Of a stretch of DNA of 64,000 bases, positions 40,933 to 54,134 are shown piece by piece. Source of the stretch: the human T2T-CHM13v2.0 reference genome, Homo sapiens. The notes under the pieces are model-generated. The model saw only the letters and a program-made list of their open reading frames with translations, had not been told where the DNA came from and searched no databases. Within the stretch, counting starts at the first letter, position 1. The number at the start of each line of letters is the position of its first letter. The position numbers and the translations under genes are program-made. The stretch lies in assembly GCF_009914755.1 (NCBI RefSeq), contig NC_060926.1, one strand, 5' to 3'.

Positions 40933-42364
40933 ATTTCCCTAGAGAAAATGTTTGCCTGATCATTTAAGAGTGGAAAAAAAGCATACTATTCTGCTGCTTT
41001 TAAACAAAGAATAAGAAAGCATAAAAATACCCTCTTATGTGTTTCATAATTTTTTCCTCTGGTTTTAGGATTGCTTGCAAAATCCTTAGATAAAAAAGGG
41101 AATTCTGTTAGAACGCTTATCAAAGATTTAAAATTACACAATTTCAACAATGACAAAAAAAAACTCCCTAAATTTAGTACAAGTTCCACAACAGGGAAAA
41201 ATCCAATTGGTAGCAGAAAGTAAATAGGTTTCTTTTCATTAAACTAGTCTTAATAGTAGTTATGATACACTCTACACTCTCTTTTGGTTATGCAATTTCC
41301 ATTCTTGCTGAAATTTGGTAAATTTTTCTACATGAAAGTTGTAAATTTTCGTTCATTTAAGAAAACTAAATTCCAGAAACTGCCAAATGCCAGATATTGA
41401 TCTCTCTACATTTCTCTGCATTCTACACTCTCAGCAAAATGAAGTTCTTTCAGGTTCTCTCTCATAGCCATTTGACAGTCCTATTTTGTCTGCATGGACC
41501 TCTCTTCCACCCCTCTTCATCTAGCTAATTCACATTCTTTCAGGATGTCTTCCCCACATACCCTGACCTTCTGCCTGTGTGGGATTGGCCCCTTCCACAG
41601 GGTTCTATAGTACCCTGTCTTCCTCCAACCAAGAATGTACCCACCTCTTGTGTTATATTCCCTCCAGAGAGCAAATTCTGTTCATCCTTAACTTCCTGCC
41701 ACTTGCAAAGACTTTTCAACAGTTAGTACATTAGTTAACGAATGCCTGGCCCATTAACTTAAAATATACTGGTCCTTTTGACAGAACACACCCTGCCACC
41801 TCACCTGCGACAGTTTTGCCAACTCCTCCAATCAAGTTGTTTAGTGTCCCCATGCTTCTAGAACTGTTCTCTCCATCACCTTTAGCCCTATTCAATACTA
41901 AACCCGTTAACTGGTTTATCTCACAGATGTCCCCAAATTAGAATACTTTCCCTGGTCATGGATTTTTCTGGGGAGGGGTGCCAAAAAATCAAGAGCAGAT
42001 TTTGTAGCCTGACTCAGAGATTACTTTGCTTGCTTTACTTTGCATTGACTTGCTCCCTGAGTTCCAGTCAACTACTTCATTAACGAGTTCATCCAAATGG
42101 CTGATTTATGAAGATGGTAGTATTGGGGAGCTTGGGGGTGGAGAAGAAGAGGTAGCAGCAGAACTCTGAATAGGAAAAAGTCTTCTCTTATTCACCACTC
42201 TCTCTTCTAGCCACATACTGGTGGCCCTGCCCCACGGCCTGTACTAAAAGTCTAGGGGTTGAACCATGTTTTTATAACATTAATTCTGTGAGGGAAAAAT
42301 GATCCAGGGTTTAAATAATTGACTTCTAAATTTACTTCTGGAACACAGTCTGCTTCCTGTATAG

Positions 42365-42452
42365 AAATGGAATAGAATGGAGTGTATGGAACGGAATGGA
42401 GAGGGATGGGCTAGGATTGGTGAGGCTAGGATAGGATAATATAGGATAGGAA
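42365..42452. repeat. Degenerate pentamer repeat, (GAATG)n grading into (GATAG)n
   Basis: AATGGAATAGAATGGAGTGTATGGAACGGAATGG...GCTAGGATAGGATAATATAGGATAGG. Confidence 0.75.
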
Positions 42453-44019
42453 ATGACTCCAGTACTTGCATCAAAAGTGAACTGTTAGGGTTCCTCAAGG
42501 AGCAGCAGTACAAGAAATAGATTTTATAAACCACCACTTTTAGGTAGCACTAATATCTGAAGCATGTTGCTAAGTTCTTAGTGCCTTGAGCACAACAGGC
42601 CCTTAATGTAAAGTTGTTGTCATAGACAATCAATAGGCACTATAAAAGGCAGTGCAGAGTCCCCTGAGTACCAGCGTATATCCTATCTACAGTTCCTTTG
42701 CCTGGGAACACTAATGGAAGTCAGAGAGTGAAGAAGCAATGTTCAAGCAAATGGAGCAGAGTTTTAAAGAAGGCAGTCCAGAAATGTCTGATCTAGAAGG
42801 GTCTCTGCCATTGCCCCTTTCCCTCTCCGCTGGATCGTGTCTGGGTGGTCTTTTCCATTTGCCTCCTCTGTACTAAGAATCTATAGCTTCATCCCAAACT
42901 TCCTTCCTGCTCCCACATTTATGGTTATCAGCACCCTCCCTGGGCTCCCTTGTTAGGGCAGCAGCGTAACTGGCATTGCTTTGCCATCCTGATCCCTCCC
43001 TCCTCTGTTCATCCCATTTTCAATCTGACACCGTGTTCTGATGACTTCACCTCCTTCGAATCTCTTAAACCCCAAACGATTGCCTCCTGAGGTACTTAGC
43101 CATGTAACAGCAGGTCCTGGCTTCTATCCTTCAGAAGTCGCTTTCCTTTGGTATATTTAAGGGAAGGTGTTTCTTTTCATATCACTTTGGAGTCAGTCAA
43201 CCTTGCTGCCTGTTTCTCAGCTATTGCCTGGCTCCTAACTTGCTCCTGCCCCTGCCTGGGGCCTCTGCTCACATTCTGCTGGTCACTCCTGAATTTCCAG
43301 AACCTGTGCATTTCCTAAACATGCTGGCCCAGAGGAGGAGTGATGCCTAAAGCCTGAATACCCCCCTCATCTTCTCATCCCAAGCCTACACATTGCCCAT
43401 AATTTCGTTCCCCAAAGCACCACTCACACCAGCCAATGTATATAACAGATTGTTATATACATTATTCCAAAGTATAATGAAATACTTTGGAATAATGAAA
43501 GGATGGATGACACATTCAGCACAGGTCAGCAAACAACTCAAAATTATACAAGTCACCATTTGTCTGGGAGCTTACCCCTGCTCCAGGGAATTTCTGACTC
43601 CATCACAGCCAACACACAGCATTCTTAGGGCCCCGTCCCCTTCTTTATACTGACCACAGCCCAGTCTCCCACTGCTCCCCTATGTTTCAGGGTCCTCACA
43701 AATGTCATCTTTCAGTGCCAGAAGAAAAGAAATAGTTCTTGTGATTTTATTGTGCGAACAATTTAATTAGACCGTTTCCTGAAGGGGCCTACCCCTTCTA
43801 GCTGATGAAGTGCCCCAGAACCCTAGAAAGAGACGCTGCTGCAGTCATTTCTTCTTTAAAGTAATCTCTTTGTTTTCTTTTTCTGCATGTCTTTCTTCTC
43901 AATTCTGCCAGACCCTGCGTCAGTCCAGGCTCTCATTACTGTCACCACTTGGCTGGCTTGCCTGTCTCCCATTTCATTTCACTGAGCCCCCCTCGCAGTC
44001 CCATCTCCCACTCTGACAC

Positions 44020-44520
44020 AAGATTCGTCTTTCAAAGTCCAACATGTCATTTCCTTGTTCTAAATCTTCAACAGTTCCAGCTCCATTGCAGAAACATCTT
44101 AGCCTGCATGGCTCCTGAGGCTGTGACTTGGTTCTGGAAGCCCTTGACTCCACTCTTATTAAGGTCCTGATCATTTCCCTAACAGGTCACAGGCACACCT
44201 TCTTGAATTTGCACGTACCCTCAAGAGCGCCATCTCCTCCTTCAAAATTCAGCTCAACCCTCACTTTCTTTGTCAAATGCTCCCAGGGCCTCATCAGGAT
44301 TAGCAGCTCTGCTTTGCTGCAGGACCATTGCTTACCTCTATTAGTTTCTAGTAAATGGCTTAGACCGATTTGTTTATGTTCCTGCCTTATTTACAACACA
44401 CTTTACTCACAAAAGGAAGACTGCCTTTTTCCCCTTGGATACCCTGTGTCCTGCACTGCACTTACCATAAAATTAACAAATGTTTGCTGGGTTAAATAAT
44501 TGATTTATTTATGAATAAAT
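44020..44520 (+). mobile_element. Degenerate L2 3' portion
   Basis: Pyrimidine-rich body ending ACAAATGTTTGCTGGGTTAAATAATTGA. Confidence 0.4.
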
Positions 44521-45279
44521 AATATGGAAGAGTCTGGAAACATGAAGGAGAGTTATAATTGACCAATTTTATTCCCTTTGTCAAACTCCACACAGCTAGA
44601 GGATGGGAATAAGAAGGACCTGTCATTTGGTCCTACTAGAGAAGCTGGAAGAAAGAAAAAAAGTAGAAAAGAAGGGCTTGTCCTGATATATCTCTATACT
44701 CATTCCCCAGTAGAAGGAATCTGAGACGAGTTGGACTCAATTCTTTGTCTAAAGAAGAGGTCTGCTTGGAATACTTTGAACAGGCTAAATAAAATTTGCA
44801 GAATATGGGTGAGTAGTTCCTTACAGCCCGTGTGTGAAGCAGCTTCGTGATTCTTAAAACCAGTCAGTGAACATGTTTGATTAGCATAAAAAAAGAGCAG
44901 GAACTGCAGTATCTTTTTTTTTTTTTCTTTAAGACATTCACAGAGAGTAGCTGTAGATGCTACCAAGCCCCTCATGCTGCCATCATGAAGAGCAGCCTTG
45001 GTGCTTTCAGGTGTGCGGCATCAACACACACACACAGGCACACAGAGGGGTGGGAGGAAAGAGAAAGAGAGATTAAAAACAAGTAAATGGAAACAGGGAA
45101 TTTAAAAAAACAAAAACAAAAACAAAAACAAACTCTGATTCAAAAAGCACATTCTGGACATTTTACTTCATCTGCCACACAAGGTGACTGATAGAGGGAT
45201 GGGTGGTGTGGACACTGGGGCGTCAGTTCCTAGGGGCTATTTGGAAGCTAGTCCCAGGGAAGAAGAAAGAAAGTCAGAG

Positions 45280-45600
45280 TCGGGGGACAGGAAGGGGGTG
45301 ACGACGGCAAAGGGTGATGAGCACTACCTGAATGGCTTGAAGCTTTCCTGAATCACCAAATTTTCCTTTTTCTAGCATGTTGTGGCTTTGTAAAATCCCC
45401 AACGGTGAGAATACCATATTGCAAAGCGTAACAGATCGATCAAGCACCCAGCACGAGGACCGCTCCATGAGTTTACGGCCCTAATGGCTGCCTCACAACA
45501 AAATACACATTTAAACAGAGCACATGAGTCATAGCCGACTAACAAAAGAACCACCCATCTGTGCACATTCAGGAGAAAGAAGCTCGCTGGAGAGCGCTGA
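45280..45600. promoter_or_regulatory. CpG-retaining unique segment, candidate enhancer or weak promoter
   Basis: 12 CpGs counted in about 320 bp of non-repeat DNA. AP-1 site TGAGTCA at 45525-45531. HOX/CDX-type TTTACGGCC at 45472-45480. Confidence 0.4.
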
Positions 45601-45954
45601 TGTGGACTGAAGCCTTGTCATGGGGCTTTCACTGCAAGTGGAGCTGAAGCCCAGTGTCATCAACTCTAACTCAAATTTCCAGAGCTGAGATTATTCCACA
45701 ATGTTCTAAAGCCAGGCAGAGGAAGTGGTGGTGCCAAGCTTTAAATTCAGTCTAAAGGCCGTCCAGCCAGGGCTTGCGTGCCAATGGCACCACACTGAAT
45801 GATAATCCTGTTGGCCAGGACTCTCAACCTACTTCCAAATCATGTATTAAAACATTCTGATGACTACCACATAATTCATCTAGATTCATTACAAGAATTA
45901 TAACAATGTCTGTTACTCATGTATAAAATGTTGTGATGCTAACTCAGCAATAAT

Positions 45955-46225
45955 AATATCCAACATTTATTAAACACTTGCTTTAGACCAGAAGTTGAGC
46001 TAAGTGCTTTTACATGTTTGACCTCTATTAATTCTCAGAACAACACTAGGAAGTGGTTTCTATTTTATTATTATCCCCACTTTACAGAATGAAAAACTAA
46101 GGGTTGAGAGGCCCACTCATCATCTCTTATTCAAGTTCATCACTCTTACCCAAGGTCACATAGTCAGTGAAGAAGAAGGGATTTGAACTTCAGAGATCAC
46201 ACACACATAACCTCCATAGCATTGG
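45955..46225 (-). mobile_element. MIR
   Basis: GCTAAGTGCTTTTACATG...TTATCCCCACTTTACAGAATGAAAAACTAAGG...CCCAAGGTCACATAG. Confidence 0.8.
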
Positions 46226-47331
46226 TTAAAGGAGATGGAACCTGGGCTTTGAGTATCCTAGAATTTTATTCCCCAACCAATGTGGTGAGTTCTTATATAC
46301 ACAGGGTAAGGTCAACAGTACACAGCTCCTGCCTACAGGAATCTTGCATTCTGGGTTCACTCTGGTACTCCATTCTAGAAAGCAAAGGGGCAGTAAGAAG
46401 TTGAGCCTGAAGTTCAGCAATGGAGCCATGTGAGCTTAAACAAAATGAAATGGTCTCTGGCTTACTACATTCTGGTCCCACATTAAAAGCACTGTTGCTC
46501 ACTGAAGGAAACATTATCCACGTGTTTCTGATTCATTTACACTTAAGTCATCCCAGTCTCGGTCTGAATGCATATGGCTTCTAAAAGGCTTTTTAACTTT
46601 CCAAGAGCCTTTTAACTTGTCTTTCTTCAAGTTATGCCAAGAGTAAATGGGACTAGATTGTCTTAAAATTTTTAACTTAGAAATCAAAATGTCTGAAGAG
46701 GCCAAAAAGGGCATTCTCAGCTCTAGAAGGGACACTTCCCAGGCTGTAAGTGTAAGAGCTTGAAGAATTTAAGTAATGAATCAGCCCTTATTAGAGTTCA
46801 AACTCAGAGAGGACTTGTCTGAAAACCTTCATGTATAGATTATGTTTGATCTCTTTTTCCCCTCTAAGTAGCTGTCACAAATTCTTCACAGCATATAGGA
46901 GTAATGATCAACTGAGGTTTCGGTCAGGCTTTTCATCATCCAACCTGAAGTATATTGAATGCATGCCTCACGTATTGAGAGAGACAAAGGAGGCGGGTGT
47001 GACTATTGTAGGAGCACAGAACTAGAAGATAAAGAGCATGTGAAGAAAAATCCACCAAACTCTGTTGTGACAGTCGGCCTCCAACACCCCATTCACCTCA
47101 GGAACACAGCACAGCACTAGTTGCTTTATGTGTCATATTCGTGGGCATCCGGGTGGCCTGAGGCTTTCCACTCAGGACATCAGTCACTTTCAGTCTAACA
47201 TAAGCAACTGAGTAGCCCGAAAAAGCCATTGTAATCCCAGAAGTCTAAAGCAATGTAAAATCTGTGGGCTTCGTGGTTGCAGAAGTTCTGGTGAGGTGCT
47301 CTCTGTGGATGGCCGAAGTTAAAACATCTTT

Positions 47332-47611
47332 GGCCAGGTGTGGTGGCTCATGCCTGTAATCCCAGCACTTTGGGAGACTGCGGTAGGTGGATGGCTTGAG
47401 CCCAGGGGTTGGAGACCAGCCTGGGCAACATGGCAAAACCCCATCTCTACAAAAAAATAATTACAAAAATTAGCCAGGCATAGTGGTGTGCACCTGTAGT
47501 CTGGGAGGTCGAGGCAGCAGTGAGCTGAGATTGCGCCACTGCACTCCAGCCTGGGAGACAGAGTGAGATCCCATCTCAAAACAAACAAACAAACAAACAA
47601 ACAAACAAAAC
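47332..47611 (+). mobile_element. AluJ with a ~40-bp right-arm deletion and (AAAC)n tail
   Basis: GCTTGAGCCCAGG...CCTGGGCAACATGG. Deletion junction CCTGTAGTC|TGGGAGGTCGAGG. Confidence 0.88.
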
Positions 47612-48489
47612 AATGTATTTAACATGTCCTTTGTGTGGAAGAATAACTCTAAATGTTTTTATTACTATAACAAGGGGGTCTCCATAGACGAAGGCCTCCT
47701 GAGCGGGTTGGATTTGGGTTAGACCTTTTTAATGAGAAGGCATATGGTTGGACGTACGTTTTGTAAACAATTAACAACTTGGGTGGTGATTACAGCAGGG
47801 AGCGAGCAGCTCTCAAGGGTCCTGACAGTCTTCTAAGCACATAAGGCACCATTACAATACTAGCTCTGGAGAGGGAAAGAGCATAGGTGTCACCTGGGAT
47901 GCTAAGGCATTGCTGCTTTTCATGTTAATTTGATTTTTTTCTGGAAATATAAAAATACATGAAATCTTAAAATTCTTTTCCAAAGTAAATTCTTTTAAAA
48001 AAACATATTTTTCTACTAGAATGAAATTCAAACCACTTTTTATTACAGGCACCTCTGGAAAAAAAAAAATTCATTCACCACATTCATCCTTCTTTTAAAC
48101 TGGCAGGTATTTGAATGGTAAAAATGGTCCCCAGCTGGAGCTTCTAGAATTAACTCCTTTTTGTCCAGCCTTACTTCCCTTTAGAATCAATATGAAGTGA
48201 AAACAGACTGATGCTAAACCCAAAGAACCATTGGCCCCTGAACAATAAAATAAAAACAGTAGGGAAAAGTGAAGATTGATAGCTTACTGCGTACTCCAAA
48301 CAAGATTTCCTAGGTTCTTTTCCCTTCAGATTCCTGAGGCTTAAAAAATACCATATCTCTTTCAAAGAACTGTTTAAGAAATGTTAACCAACCCTTCTAG
48401 TGTTCTAAATGGGAAATCCAATACCATGTGGCAAACTTTTTGGAGATATTTCTACATGAGATGATCGCTAGAAGGGAATCCATAGCTTA

Positions 48490-49365
48490 TAGCCAGACTA
48501 ACATGTGACTGGGCAAATTACTTTATGTCTCTTGTATTAGTTATCTATTGTTGTGAAACAAATTATCACAAACTTGGAAGCTTAAAATTATTATTCTAAT
48601 AATAATAATAGCACTTATTTATTCACTTTCTGTGGGTGAGGAATCCAGTCCAGCTTAGCTGGGTCTTCTATTTCAGGGTGTCTCTCAAGGCTGCAATCAA
48701 AGCATCAGCCAGAGCTAGGGTCTCATCTGAAGGCTCAACTGGGGAAGCATCCACTTCCAAGCTCACTTTTGTAGTTGTTGGCAGAATTTCACTTCTTTAA
48801 GGGCTGCTGGATTGAACGTCTCAGTTTCTAACTACATGTTCACAGCTTAAAACCTATAGGCTTGTTGTTGCAGGAATCCTGTTGAGACTCTCTTTGTGAA
48901 TGGCAGTGGTTAGAAAGTCTCTAAAATGTTCTTCTGCATGAAAAAAAATAATTGTATTCCTTGACACATGAACATCCCCAACATGGCAATTTGCTTCATC
49001 AATGCTGGCAAGGGGAGAGAATCAGCTAGCAAGGTAGAAGTCACAATCCTTTGTTGCCTAACCACAGAAGTTATATTCTATCACCTTTGCCATATTCTGT
49101 TGATTTTGAGCATGTCACTAGGCCAGCCCACATTCTAGGGGAGGGATTACACAGGACATAAATACCAGGAGATGGGGATAACTGGGGGTTATCTTAGAAT
49201 CTGTCTACCACATCTCTGTAATCTAATTAATCTCATCTGTAAAATGGGAATAATGATCCCTACTTTATCAAATTATTGATAAAATGTGTAAAGTTATGTG
49301 TTTATTCATATAAAGAGATTAGAAGAGTGCCTGACACATAGCAAATGCTCAGTAAATGTAAGCCC
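48490..49365 (+). mobile_element. MIR split by an MLT1F LTR
   Basis: TGTGACTGGGCAAATTACTT before the LTR. CTCATCTGTAAAATGGGAATAAT...GTGCCTGACACATAG after it. Confidence 0.8.
48533..49212 (-). mobile_element. MLT1F-like solo LTR
   Basis: TGTATTAGTTATCTATTG...TCATCTGAAGGCTCAACTGGGGAAG...CTACCACA. Perfect 5-bp TSD TCTCT at 48528-48532 and 49213-49217. Confidence 0.85.
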
Positions 49366-50484
49366 CTGCTATTATTTGTTTGATATTTATTTTTCCTACT
49401 ATTTGATTGTTACGTGTGAGAAGCCATGCTCTTCTAGCTTCCTACTGGCTTTCTCCATACACTAAAATAAACAGTGTGTGGAAGGCACCAAGGCATGGCA
49501 GCCCAAGCTCACTGGCATAAATACCACCCAAACTGGAATCCAGCTTCCTCCACGTTATCCCATTACCAATCTAACCACTCTGGAGTGTCAGGTAAAATGA
49601 AAGGAGATAGGGAAGAGGAAAGAGGCTTTCTGGTTCAGACAGAAGAGATAATTAATGCCTCATGACCTGAATCTAGATCTCCTACAGCTACTCCCTCAAA
49701 AGCCAACTTTATTTATTGACTCTAACCTTCAAAGAACATCATCAACTTTCTAGTTCTCAATATTATTCTGATCATAAGTTTATCAAACATAACCAGAATT
49801 ACATGACCTATGGGCCCCAGCACTGTCTTTGTCTACAGTGCATTTAGGAGATGTGTCTTGCTGCTTTAGCCTCTGCATGGGAAAAGAGTGGTATATTTGG
49901 TGCTGATGTGCCCCTTTTATGAAAATCCACCGCTCAAAAGTCCACACTTTAAATCTGGGAAATGGAGAGTGTTTACACACAAAATGAACACATAGTTATT
50001 TCCCTTTGCAGAAGGATTCACCTTCAGCTTCCCTCACAGAGTGTACTCCTTTAAGCATTTATGTGTTTAAAGATTAGTTCAGTGACTTAAGGAAAAGAAG
50101 CCAAAAATTAAAGAGTTGGGCACTCATACAAGTGCTGATCAGATATTAAATAATCTCTAGAAGTCATGACATAAAAGGAAATAGTCTTCTTTTGTACACA
50201 AATCCATATGGGAAGTTTATCCTACTGTATTTTCCTGCATACGCTGTAAAATCTTAAAGGAAAACAAACCATGTTCCAGGCACTTTTGAAACCCTGGCAC
50301 CTTGCAAAATGCCAGACACAAGGCAGGCCCTCCAGATCTGCTTGTTGAGTAACTAAATGATGGAGTGCCTAACTGATTGGTTGTCAAACTGATTATTGAC
50401 TAACTGATGTTGTCAGAAAGGTCAAAACTGCTGCTTTTAAATAATATCACTTTAAAAAATGTAAACGTATTTATTAGCTGATCA

Positions 50485-51755
50485 ATAAAGACACGTTTCA
50501 ACAAGTGGTGTTGGAACAATTGGCCATCCATCCATATGCAAACAAACAAACCTGAAGCTCAGCCTCACACCTTATACAAACAGTAACTCAAAATGTACCA
50601 TAGATCTGAAGGTGAAATATAAAACTATTAGGAGAAAATGAAGAAAATCTTTGTGGGTTGGGGTTAGTTGAAGAATTCTCAGAAATGTTAAGAAAAACAT
50701 GAGTTATAAAGTAGATAAATTAGACTTCATTATGATTTAAAACTCTTGCTCACTGCAAGTCATTGTTAAAATGAAAAGACAAGTGATTAACTGGTAGAAA
50801 ATATTTGCAAATCACATATCTGACAAATAACTTGTATTCAGAATATGCAAAGGATTAAAAAATTCAACAATATGAAAACAAACCAATTAAAAATTGGGCA
50901 AAGGATTTGAGAATAGATTTCACCAAACAAGATATAAGTACATGAAACAATGTTTCAACATCATCAGCCATTAGGAAATGCAAATTAAAGTCATGGCTAA
51001 AATAAAAAATGCTGACAATACCACCATCTATTAGAATGGTTAAAATTTAAAACACTGACAATACCAAGTGCTAGTGAGGATAGAGAATAACTGGAACACT
51101 CATACATTGCTGGTGGGAATCCAAAATGATAGTGCCAGTGTGGAAAACAGTTAGGTAGCTTCTCACAAAGTTAAATATATGCCCACCATAAAACCTAGCA
51201 GTACTACTCCTATTTACCTTAGAGAAATTAAAACTTATGTTGACACGAAAACCTATAAACAAATGTTTCTGGCAGCTGTATTTATAATTGCCAAAAATCA
51301 GAAACAACCCAAATGTCCCTTAACAGAGGAATGACTAAACAAACTGCAGTACATCCCAATGATAAATTACTCCTCAGAAATAAAATAAAATAAAACTATG
51401 GATACATGCAACAACTTGAATGAATCACAAAGGCATTATGCTGTATGAAAAAGTACAGTTTCAAAAGGTTACTTACTGTACAGGTTTATTTACATGACAT
51501 TCATTAAAGGACAATAGTGATTCTATAGTCTATAGAGTAGACTACAGTAATGGAGAAAAACTCAATGATTGCCAAGTGATGGGGTGAGGTGAGGGTGTGA
51601 CCAGAGCCTGAGGAGAGATTTTGGTATGATGAACTGTTGTGTAATTCTGGGTAGTGGTAACACAAATCTATTTATGTGTTTAATTCATAGAACTCTACAC
51701 CAAAAAAAAGTCAATTTTACTGTATGATAATTTTAAAATTAAAAACTTAATAATA
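50485..51755 (+). mobile_element. L1ME-like ORF2 3' end plus 3' UTR
   Basis: TTCAACAAGTGGTGTTGGAACAATTGG, AAAATATTTGCAAATCACATATCTGACAAA, end GTCAATTTTACTGTATG. Confidence 0.85.
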
Positions 51756-52529
51756 AAGATGGGTATATCTGGCTTTACATAGACAAACTTCACAGCCTGA
51801 TCTACCTCCTGACAACTTCTTGTATGAAATTAAAGAGTTCCAGTTTTAAAAAGCATGTGGCTAGCAGCCCCTGAAATAATCTGTCCCAGACCCGCTTTAA
51901 AATACATGAGAAAACAGAGAAAAATGGTAAAACTCACCACAACACTGAGAACAAGGACTACCAGCATCAGTGGCAGAATCTGAAAATACTTTCCCTATGA
52001 CCAAGGGAAACGGGTTGAGCAATGAAATTTGGGGCCTTCTGTGTAAGCACATCTCAAAATAGGTGGGGAGATCTTTCATCCAGTTCTACTATCTCCTGGT
52101 CATGTCTACGCAAACAAGAAAACTGAGAAGCTATTTATTTGCTGCATTAGTGAACTACTTGACAGCCAGAGTGCTGTTCCAATCTCATCGTTGCCAGTCA
52201 GATACCACAACCTTCAAAAATTAACTACTTGGCAATGGGGTAGCCAGTAGGACTGGTATATGTCATTAGGACAGAGGCAGGTGTAGGAAGGACCTAGTAG
52301 ACGTTCAACCTGGGGATTTTGATGTTCCTTGACACTGTTCACAGTGCCAGAGAATCAGACAAAGAGATGAGGAGAGAAGCCCATCTTATTTTAGGAGAAC
52401 TGTACTAGAGTAGCAGGTTGGTCTCTGGAAACTGTGCATGTCTTGGAGGTCAGATCCATGATAGGAGATGTGAGAGGTGGACATGACCAATACTCTCCAG
52501 ATGCAATAGTGAGGCAATGGCTGAGGCTG

Positions 52530-52720
52530 CCTTACTTGTATCTTTGGCTCCATCATTTACTAGCTGTGTGACCTGGGAAAAAGTTATCTACCCTTTCTGT
52601 GCCTTCGATTTGTCATACATACAGGTTGGTGCAAACGTAATTACTTTTGCACCAACCTAATACAAAGTGATAAATAGTGTCTATCTCATGATAAGGAGTC
52701 AATATACTAAAGTTCGTGGT
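52530..52720 (+). mobile_element. MIR carrying a MADE1 insertion
   Basis: CATTTACTAGCTGTGTGACCTGGG...CTTTCTGTGCCT. Confidence 0.7.
52623..52660. mobile_element. Internally deleted MADE1 (Hsmar1 MITE), near-perfect palindrome
   Basis: AGGTTGGTGCAAACGTAA|TTACTTTTGCACCAACCTAA matches the outer parts of both Hsmar1/MADE1 terminal inverted repeats. Confidence 0.9.
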
Positions 52721-52834
52721 CATGAATATTCCTCCACTTTGTACTATTTTCTCCCACAGTATCAATTTTTTCCTCTTGCTCTTCTTTAAATGAGAGGAGA
52801 TTGATTTAGGGAAGGTATATAAAAACAATTCCAA

Positions 52835-54062
52835 ACATCTATTTGATACAGTGCTACACCAACCATCTCATAATCAAATTACTGAAAAAGAGTGATAAAA
52901 AGAAAATTTTAAAAGCAGCCCAAAAGACCAAAAAAAGGACACAGTTCATACAAAGGAACAAACATAAGAATTATAGCATACTTCTTGTCAGAAACTATGT
53001 AGGCCAGAAGAGAATAAAACAATATTTTTTAAGGGATAGGGGAAAAGTATCAACTTTGAATTCTGTAACCAGCAAAGATATCTTTCAAAAATTAAGGTGA
53101 AATATAGACTTTTTCAGACAAACAAATCTGGGAGAATTTATTGACATCAGGTTTCTAAGGTCCAAAGAGCTTCTTTAACAAGAAATGTTCATCAAGCAAA
53201 ACAATAAAAAATAAATTTAAAAAAGGCAACAAATGGAAATTTGAATCTACAAAGTGTTGAAGAATGTTTGAGTAGGAAATATGTGGATAAATATAAGAGA
53301 CTTTTTTTCTAATTTTTGATCTCTTCAACATGTAATTGACTTTCAAAACAAAAATAACAATGTATTGTGTGTTTTAAAATGTATATAGAATTAAAGTGGA
53401 TGACAATAGAGCCAAAGGCAGGAAAAGAGAAATGGAAGTATATTGTTGTAGGAACCCTATACTACATGTGATGTGGTATTATTTGAAGATAGATTGTGAT
53501 AAGTTAAAGATGTATAATGTAACCCTTAGAAAACCAATACAAAAATAAAATAAAAGCATATAGCTGATAAGACCATCATGAAGATAAAATGAATATAATA
53601 AAAGTAATCCAAAAGAAGGCAGGAAAAGGAAAAAAAAAAGAAAAAAACAAATAGCAAGGCAGTAGCTTTGAATCCAACATTTCAATAACTACATTAAATG
53701 TAAATGATATGTAAACACTCCAATTAAAAACTAGAAATTGGATAAAAAGCAAGACCCAACTCTATGCTATCTAAAGAAAGCAATTTTAAATATAAATACA
53801 GATTAAACATATAAGAATGGAAAAGACATACCAAGCAAATACTAACCAAAGAGAGAAGTGGCCACATTAATATCAGACAAAGTAGACTTCAGAACAAGGA
53901 ATACTCATAGAGATAAAGAGGGGCATTTTATAATGATGAGAGGGTTAATACACCAAGTTCACATAACAAACCTAAATGTATATTCATCTAATAACAGGGC
54001 TTCAAAATGCATGGAACAAAATGATTGAAATGGAAGAAGAAATAGACAAGTCTACAATTATA
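52835..54062 (+). mobile_element. Old L1M fragment: ORF1 3' part, inter-ORF region and ORF2 endonuclease start
   Basis: HLIIKLLK...KKILKAA (ORF1-like) in ORF 52843. AAAAAGCAAGACCCAACT and ATATCAGACAAAGTAGACTTC are endonuclease-region motifs. Confidence 0.85.
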
Positions 54063-54134
54063 GCATACAGTCAGTATTCAGTACATGGTAGCTATTATAA
54101 TTATTATTAACATTATCATCCATCTCTGACATTT

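Noticed and set aside
42365-42452. Pericentromeric satellite II/III
   Set aside because: Under 100 bp, highly degenerate and in a euchromatic repeat context.
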